Origin: Camelus dromedarius
Taxonomy: Eukaryota
Length of the DNA: 60,000 nt
NCBI RefSeq assembly: GCF_036321535.1
Contig: NC_087436.1
Coordinates: 92,506,001 to 92,566,000 of the forward strand
Reading direction: 5' to 3'
In this document: piece after piece, positions 53,360-60,000 of the stretch
Numbering within the stretch: the first letter of the stretch is position 1
How the letters are laid out: each line of letters opens with the position of its first letter
Translations under genes and position numbers: made by a program
The notes under the pieces: model-generated
The model's database searches: none
Told to the model about the DNA's origin: nothing
The model's input: only the letters and a program-made list of their open reading frames with translations

Positions 53360-54810
53360 TCAGTCCTGGACGACCATCTGCAGGTCTTGGGCCGGTTTTC
53401 CCCTGTGAGCCACTTTGGCTCAAAGGACAGAGGGCCATCAATGACCCTGTTGGCTACACCGAGAGCAGGCAGATCTTGGAGGCTTGTCCCTGTAGGGACA
53501 TTCTTTGACCCAGGGACCAGGTCGGTGGCAGATGCTGCACTTGTCATTGGACTTACTCAGGCCGCTGGGGGCCGGGGACGTTAGGATGGTGGCTGCCCTT
53601 GAGGGGCCGCAGTCATCTATGTAGGCCTGGCCTCCTTCCTTCTTTCCTTCCCTAAGCCTTGGCCTCTTGCTTCTGCTCTCGATGATAAAAAAAAAAACCG
53701 TGGCAGCAATGGTTAGCATTTCATCAAGAGTTACTCCAGGTTCCTGGATCACCTTTTGGAGTTTTCGCCTAATATGAGGGGCAGATTGAGTGAGAAATTT
53801 ATCCGTTAAGATGATTTGTCCCTCATAAGAGCTGAGGTCTGAGTTAGTGTACTTAGTAAGTGCCTCCTGGAGCTGCTCTGAAAAAGCAGTGGAGTTTTCT
53901 CCAGGCTCCTGGCTAACAGCTAACACCTTAGAATAACTGTAATCTTCTTTCAGGCTGCCCAGAGTCCTGCCTTAACAGATTAAAAAGTGGTCTCTTTCCC
54001 ACTTTTTGTTAAGGTCATTATAGTCCCATCCAGGGTCCCCTGGGGGAACAGCTGTTTCCCCTGTGCGGTACTTGTCGTTAGATAGATGTAGACTGTTTGC
54101 ATATTTTCTGGCTTCTCTGAGAATCCTTTCCTGTGCTGTGTCAGATAGGGTTGGCCAAGGATAATATTAACATCTTTCCAGGTGAGATCGTATGCCAGAG
54201 TGAGGTGTTGAAATGCCTCTATGTATTTGTCTGGGTTATCTGAATAGCTTCCCAGATCAGTCTTAATTTGTCTCAGTTCTACAAGAGAAAATGGCTTATG
54301 TATGAATTGAGGACCAAATTCTCCACCTGTTTCTACCAGGGGGCGGGTCTTAGCTATCAAAGGTAATGGAGGCGACAGTGTATTTCCTGAGTATGAAGGA
54401 AATGACGGGTATATGGTAGGGAGAGTAGGGTAGGGTGTAGGTTTAGGAGAGTCCCCCTCCCTAGGGGGTGTCAGGGACAGTAGGTTATTAGGTGTAACCG
54501 TTGCCTGAGTGGTTAACTTACATCCTTCTAGGAGATCATTGCTGTCCCTCAGCAAGTAAAAGATATGAACATAGGGTATTCAGACCATTTGCCTTGTCTC
54601 TTGCAGAAGAGATCAAGCTGGAACAAGATGGCTGAGTTTATGCTCTGTTTATAGGCCATGCTTTCTCGCAGGGAAGTCGATATTGTGGCCAGGCAAAATT
54701 ACAAAGGAATATAAGTGTTTTTCTTTTGAGGGTTTGTAGATTAAAACGGTCCCAGTTGGCCAATATGCAGCCCAAAGAGTTCCAGCCGGGACAGACTCTT
54801 TGTTTCCCAT
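53360..54810 (-). pseudogene. gag: Disrupted retroviral gag (MA-CA-NC)
   Basis: ATG GGA AAC AAA GAG TCT (MGNKES myristoylation-type start) at 54810; MA WDRFNLQTLKRKTLIFLCNFAWPQY; CA KPFSLVELRQIKTDLGSYSDNPDKYIEAFQHLTLAYDLTWKD; MHR QEPGENSTAFSEQLQEALTKYT; two decayed CCHC knuckles; ends CAG GAC TGA; several frameshifts including an 11-T run at 53687-53697. Confidence 0.92.
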
Positions 54811-55280
54811 CTGAAAAACAAGGGTGGGATACGGAGGGGTTATCAGAGCCTAGAGTCCTAAGGTGAAGAGCCCATGGACTAGGCCGAGTCTCAGCCTCTG
54901 TCCCCAGCCAAATGCACCCTAGAGGGTAGCCATGGATTAGCAATGCCTAGCGTCCTAGGGTCCTGATTCGGGGATGGAAGCTGATGTCTCAGCCTCCGCT
55001 CCAGAAAGGGGGAAATGGCCACAGTCTTACCGTGTGCTGGGTGTCCCCGCAGTCCAAGGTAATAGCCAGTTTTAACCCCGTGGGTGGTGGGTGACCCAGG
55101 AGCAGGAGAGCTGCTCACCTGGAATAGCCGGAGAAAGGGGGAGCAAACACAGAGGAGTGAGTCAGGGTTAGAGGGTCCAGATGGAAGCGCCTGCCCACAG
55201 CCGGCCCCAGGAGCTTGTGCTCCGCGGGCCTTGGGGAGGGAGAGGGCAATGAAGGGGGAAAGATTAAGTTTAAGCACGTG

Positions 55281-55299
55281 ATCCGAGTCATGGGCACCA
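55281..55299 (-). promoter_or_regulatory. Primer binding site, tRNA-His-like (TGGTGCCCATGACTCGGAT)
   Basis: Plus strand atccgagtcatgggcacca versus tRNA-His(GUG) 3' end ATCCGAGTCACGGCACCA: one substitution and one inserted base. Confidence 0.82.
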
Positions 55300-55306
55300 A
55301 AATTAG

Positions 55307-55808
55307 TGTTACCGGGAAAAGGAAAATAAGAATCACCTCGGTTCTTAGTCAAGCAAAAAAAATTTTTTTGACAAGAGACAAAAAGCGTGATGTAAGCAAG
55401 ATTTTTCTTAGTGAAGTAAAAAAATAGTAAAACACAGTACACTCCCAAGAACTGGGGACACGCCAACCCAAGAGAGGAAAAATGGCGCCGCGCCTTTGTT
55501 TTTCCTGTTTTTATTTCCTGGTTTCGTGATTGATTGGTGGATTGATTGACAACTCAGGTTCCCTGCGCTCCGGCTGGCCCACCCCCTTTTGAGCAGGTTC
55601 ACTGGGTCAGGTTATGCCAGGTGCCCCGCCCATGCGCAGCTGCAGCGCTTTGACTTTAACTGGCTTCTCTTACTGGCCCTCATTTAGAGAAAGTAAAAAT
55701 TTCTGGAGTCCCTTTTCCGGAATGCAGGCACACTGCCTTTTTCTGGGTTCTTCCTCTCCCCTTCCTCTCCCCCTGCCCAGTGCTCATTGCTATCTAAACT
55801 GCCTAACA
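55307..55808 (-). mobile_element. 5' LTR (502 bp)
   Basis: TG...CA ends; followed on the - strand by the PBS; carries 13 extra bp (55665-55677) relative to the 3' LTR. Confidence 0.95.
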
Positions 55809-55999
55809 AAACCACGGGGCCATTTCCCCTGCTCCCTGCGTTGCAGTCAGCAGTTACATCTGCCCTTCCCGGGTCCGCAGCCGCTCATCTTTATGCTAGG
55901 GCATTTCACCTGCTTTCTGTTATTTATCGTGGGCCCACTATGCAGCTCCCTCCCCACTAGAACGTGGGTGATTTGAGACAGTGATTCTAAAGTGATTCC

Positions 56000-56165
56000 T
56001 CAGGACAACCCTCAGCAATAAGGTGCCATCGGACCCTCCATCTTACAAATGAGAAAACTGAGACATGGTGACGTAAAGTAAGTGGCCTGCAGTCACTCAA
56101 CTTATGGGTAACAGAGCCAGAAAACTAACCCAGACACTGTGACTCCAAAATCCATCTCAGCCACC
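56000..56165 (-). mobile_element. MIR SINE
   Basis: ccatcttacaaatgagaaaactgagacatggtgacgtaaagtaagtggcc...cagagccag. Confidence 0.78.
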
Positions 56166-56404
56166 TTCTGGCCTCACAAGTTTCTCAGGTGTAAAGGAGG
56201 AGTGTTTGTCTGTTAGGGCTTCTCCCCGCACGGTGTTGCCCTGTGTCCTCTGAACACAGCATCGACTCTATTGATGGATCCCGTGCCCTCCGTCTGTAGG
56301 GGATGTACAGTATCACACAGTCGATCACTTTGCCCCAAACTTTTTGAAAAGTAGGTTGGATGTTTCTTCCTGAGAAAATTAGGCCTTCTGGATATATGTC
56401 GTAA

Positions 56405-56605
56405 AGAATGTAGAGTTTCAAAGCAGACTACCTGGGTTCAAATCCTGGCTCTGTTGTTGTAGGCCTTTAGCAAAATGTTCAACCTTTCTGCTTTGATTTC
56501 TTCATCTGCAAAACAGGCGTGGTAACAACCCCGACTTCAGGGCTGTGAAGATCAAATGGTACACCACAGAACACACAGCAGTGCTTCATAAATGTTGCCC
56601 ACTAC
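56405..56605 (+). mobile_element. MIR SINE
   Basis: cctgggttcaaatcctggctctg...tttcttcatctgcaaaacagg. Confidence 0.75.
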
Positions 56606-56849
56606 TTGCTTAACTACCTTTCAAAATATGGAATTTGTGTTCTCCAAAGTAGTCGTGGTTTTAGGGTGTTGGGACTTGGAATCTTTGTGGAAGTAATAAT
56701 GCATTCGTCAGACAAGCCCCCCGGGTGTTTTGGTGCTGGCGCAGGTTGTGGTGAGTATCCCCTTGGAAATGTCAAGAGATTTGATTTGAGTCTTGCTGTC
56801 TCTTCTTTCTGAAATGAAGATTAGGTCACGACCCCTTATAAAATCCTTC

Positions 56850-57345
56850 ATCCCCCTTGCATTTGGTGTTTGTGCAGCCACTGTGGTGTTCCAGGTCTCT
56901 GCTCTGACCCTGCTTCTCTCTCCACTCTTTCTCTGAATTCTTTGTCTAGTTTCCGCAGTGTTCCTTGTTCTTTCACACTCATGGGGTTTCTCTGCATTTG
57001 TATGAATCCTTTGCCTAATCTGCTCTCCCCCTCATTTCCAGCACCCCTCTCTCCCTCCCCGCCCCTTCCCCTCTCAAGGCTCAGGTCCAATCTCCCCTGT
57101 GCCAGGATGAGTTAGGCGCCCTTTGTATGCACTGCCAGGGCCTTCTGCACCTCCTCATTCCTGCAGCTCCCATCGTGAACTCTAAGTGTTGATGTGGGGC
57201 TTCACCTTCCCCTACGTGACTGTGAGCTCCTGGAAAGGAGAAAAGATAACAGGCTTCTTTATAAAGTACCTGGAACATCTTATCAGAGGCGTTTGCTGTC
57301 ATGCCCGAGCCCATGCAGACGTGGCTCCTTGAATCGGAACTACAT
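56850..57345 (+). mobile_element. L2 fragment
   Basis: gactgtgagctcctggaaagga...cagacgtggctccttgaat. Confidence 0.5.
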
Positions 57346-57799
57346 CTTACTCATCTTGATACACCCAGCTGTCCATAGGTGGCGTCCAGCAAATGCTTGT
57401 CAGAGGGGATGATTACTGGAAATCTGCCACAGGATGGCCAACTTACCCTAGGATTGTAAGTAATCATAGTATTATCGCCACAGATCCCAGAGAGAAGTTC
57501 AAAGATGAGTGCTGTATGTCAACAAGTATGTGGGCATATGATTCAATTCAGTGTCACTGGTTGCCATGGTACAATGAGGTGCACAATGTCTATTTAACTT
57601 GTTTCCTTAACTAGAAAACAGTTATACAAAATCGTACAATTTATAAAACCAGTTAACCTGATTGACTGGAGCATCCTGCTAAGAAAGGGAAGGTTGCAGA
57701 TGTGAGGTTTCTGAATTCCTTAGTGTTATTCTGCCTAATGGATATAAACTATTCCCCAAAGGGTGGGAAGTAGAAGTAGAGTCACTTGAGAAACCTGAC

Positions 57800-58470
57800 A
57801 AACTAGGTTTTCAGTGGGGACAGTTCTGCCCTCTAGTGGTCATTGTGGAATTGGTGGGGGCATCTGTGGCATCAGAATGTTTGGGAGTGGGGGCAGGTGT
57901 GCTATGGACCTTCTTTGGATGGGACTTGGTTACAACAGAGATCCTACAGTGCATGGGTCAGTCCACCCACCAAAGACCTGACGTCCATGGGCAGGACTTT
58001 GGAATGTCCTGCCATTTCTTTCTGTGGAGAAACCTAATCCCGAATTTACCAATAGAGCGTTTTCCACACTGCCTTAATATATGCTGAATTTTCCAGATAT
58101 ATAACTACTGTGCAAATCAAAAGAAGATCCAACTTTGCTTGGTTTGAAGAGAAATCACATAACAGCAGCTCTGGTGTGTGAGATGCCAGTCTAGCAAACG
58201 CGTGGGCCTGGATTGGCAGCCATCACATCTTGGTGATTCTTGGGTCGTGAGGTTCTCATTTGCGTCCTGCCGAAGCTGTTACATTGTGAAATAAATTCCT
58301 CTCCTTTTCTTTCTCCTTTCCATTTACCATTAGGATATTGTATTGAATATTTTTAATTATATGTGTAGTGAGTGATTTTATCCATGAATTTCATTTTAGG
58401 ACAGTTAAAGGGATTGACAAAATCTTTGTTCTAGGGAGAGCTCACTGGGTCCAGTAGCGGTGACAATCAC
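57800..58470. mobile_element. MER20/hAT-Charlie-like relic
   Basis: ggggacagttctgccctctagtggtcattgtgg...tgctatggac...catgggtcagtcc; right end ggtgacaatcactg; family from recall. Confidence 0.45.
57826..57842 (-). promoter_or_regulatory. Candidate CTCF site (TGACCACTAGAGGGCAG)
   Basis: Full match to the CCASYAGRKGGCRS core. Confidence 0.6.
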
Positions 58471-58569
58471 TGCCTTAGAGAAAGGGACAGTGCCTCTCGC
58501 CTTACTCTCCCGTGGATCTTGTGAACAGAGGCAACAAAACCTCAAAGCAGGTGTTCCCTTGCTGTTTGA

Positions 58570-58770
58570 ATCTGGCTGTACATCCAGCTCCAGTATCGAC
58601 TAGCTGTGGGACCTTGGGCAAGTTAACTTCATTCCACTATGCCTCGGTTTCCAAATTTATAAACAGGAATTATAACACCTCCCCATGGCGGTTGTTTGCG
58701 GATGAAATGAGTTACTGCGTGTAAATATTTAGACTAGAGTTTGGGTAGTAAGAGCCCAGTAAAGATTAAC
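58570..58770 (+). mobile_element. MIR SINE
   Basis: ctagctgtgggaccttgggcaagttaact...tgcctcggtttcc. Confidence 0.78.
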
Positions 58771-58789
58771 TTTTAAAAGATCAAAGGAG

Positions 58790-58937
58790 GGGATGGTATA
58801 GCTCAGTGATGGAGTGCTGCCCTTAGTATTAGCATGCATAAGGTCCTGGGTTCAATCCCCAGTCCCTCTGTTGATAAAGAAATAAACAAACAAGCAAACC
58901 TAATTATCTCCCCCCCAAAATTTTTAAAAAACACACT
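58790..58937 (+). mobile_element. tRNA-derived SINE, camelid Vic-1-like, with 9-bp TSD
   Basis: gggatggtatagctcagtg...agcatgcataaggtcctgggttcaatccccagt...aaacctaattatctcccccc; TSD tcaaaggag at 58781-58789 and 58938-58946. Confidence 0.88.
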
Positions 58938-59427
58938 TCAAAGGAGCAGTACATAACAAGCATGAATAAAGTCAGCCTAATGACATAGGAGTGAATTGCA
59001 GAGCTTCTCACAAGTGTTTATCCTTTTGTGTTCAGCCCTTCCTCCCTCCCTCTTTCCTTCCCTTCTCTTTCCCTCCTTCCCTCCCTCCCTTCCTTCATTT
59101 CTTAATTATTTGGCTAATTGGGGATACCTGGAAGTCAGGCCAATGTTAGTTACAAGAGAAAGCAGGAGACTCGAAGCCAGAGCTCCTCTGCCATCCGACT
59201 GGGCAAAAGCACAGTATCTCTGAACTCATTTCCTTAACTAGAAAACAGAGTCAAGGCCAAATGACTTCTCTGAGGTCAGAACTCCACCTCTGTGTACCTG
59301 TATTTGACACGAGCTACTGAGGACGACATAGGAGAGTATGAATTCATATAAATGCTCCTGGGTTTCCTGACAACACCCTCAGGGGCCAGGAGGTTAACAG
59401 AGCTGAGGAAGAGAAGCCAGGTTGACT

Positions 59428-59444
59428 GGGGGGGGGGGGGGGGG
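59428..59444 (+). repeat. G17 homopolymer
   Basis: Direct reading. Confidence 0.9.
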
Positions 59445-60000
59445 AGGATGTTGAGAACCAGCAAACAAGTGTCCTGCCTGAAAAGGACTTCCTGCCCCCT
59501 GGCAGAACAGGACCCATGGTGCCACACCCTCCCAGTGGCAGGAGAAATCCGATTCTTATGAGAAATGTCCCAAATTTAAATCTGTGCAAATAACACATCT
59601 GAGGGCTGCAGCCCACAGGCTGATAGCTCTATAAAAATTCACTTCCTCAGCTGATTTCATGAGCCCCAGTGTAGAAAATAACTTTTTAATGTGATTCAAA
59701 ATCAGTGTGGGATCTTTTTTTTAATTTCAAAATATGAAATGTTAAGTAAAGACATTTCCTTTTATTGAGTAGCAAAGGGTATCATTAAGGAGATAAAATG
59801 AAGCACTTTGATCTAAAATTTCAAAGAGATTTCACGAAAACATAAAGTATTTTATTTATTCTAACCCAGCAGGAAATATGTGCCCAAATATTTAGTCATC
59901 AGACATGGCATTCAGTGGCATTCAAGCTACATAATATTAGATGATTATAGCCAAAGCTGGACTTTGAACTCCACAGTTATTATTAACATAAAAAATTACA

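Larger units (their letters stand above)
50335..55808 (-). mobile_element. Internally deleted class I (gamma-like, ERV1) endogenous provirus, HERV-H/HERV-W/ERV9-related, 5474 bp
   Basis: Two direct-repeat LTRs with TGTTA...TAACA ends; identical 4-bp flanks AAAC at 50331-50334 and 55809-55812; PBS, PPT, gag, pro, RT and env remnants all on the - strand. Confidence 0.96.

Noticed and set aside
54891..55466. 191-aa ORF across U5, PBS and leader, a possible pre-gag
   Set aside because: Non-ATG start inside the LTR, stops before the gag ATG, C-rich leader is naturally stop-poor
50373..55602. Twin ORFs beginning MNLLKRGWASRSAG (50373-50630 and 55408-55602)
   Set aside because: Same frame read in the two LTR copies; GTG start, different lengths, no sign of coding function
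56000..60000. Expected convergent neighbour SHISA3 (downstream of ATP8A1 in human and mouse, from recall)
   Set aside because: No SHISA3 coding sequence recognisable on either strand; it presumably lies beyond the window

Overview
Mammalian genomic DNA, most likely camelid: three copies of a tRNA-derived SINE resemble the camelid Vic-1 family. The window holds the last 10 coding exons of ATP8A1 (P4-ATPase phospholipid flippase, + strand, 1007-43996). All have canonical AG/GT ends and consistent splice phases, and they encode the C-terminal TM helices and the GYAFS autoregulatory tail. A ~4.6 kb 3'UTR ends near 48600. The introns carry ordinary L1, L2, MIR, MaLR and hAT relics, plus one 5'-inverted (twin-primed) L1. 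About 1.7 kb past the poly(A) site lies a 5.47 kb, two-LTR, internally deleted class I (gamma-like) endogenous provirus on the - strand (50335-55808). It has a 4-bp TSD (AAAC), a tRNA-His-like PBS, a two-knuckle HERV-H/W/ERV9-type gag, decayed pro/RT, loss of nearly all of RNase H and IN, and an env remnant. I found no evidence of a wholly new biological system. The best leads are this HERV-H-like provirus with a promoter-intact 3' LTR aimed antisense at ATP8A1, an apparent Arg->Pro change removing an R-x-x-S motif in the ATP8A1 regulatory tail, an RBFOX motif cluster in the distal 3'UTR, and paired CTCF motifs downstream. Repeat family names and orthologue comparisons are from recall, not database searches.
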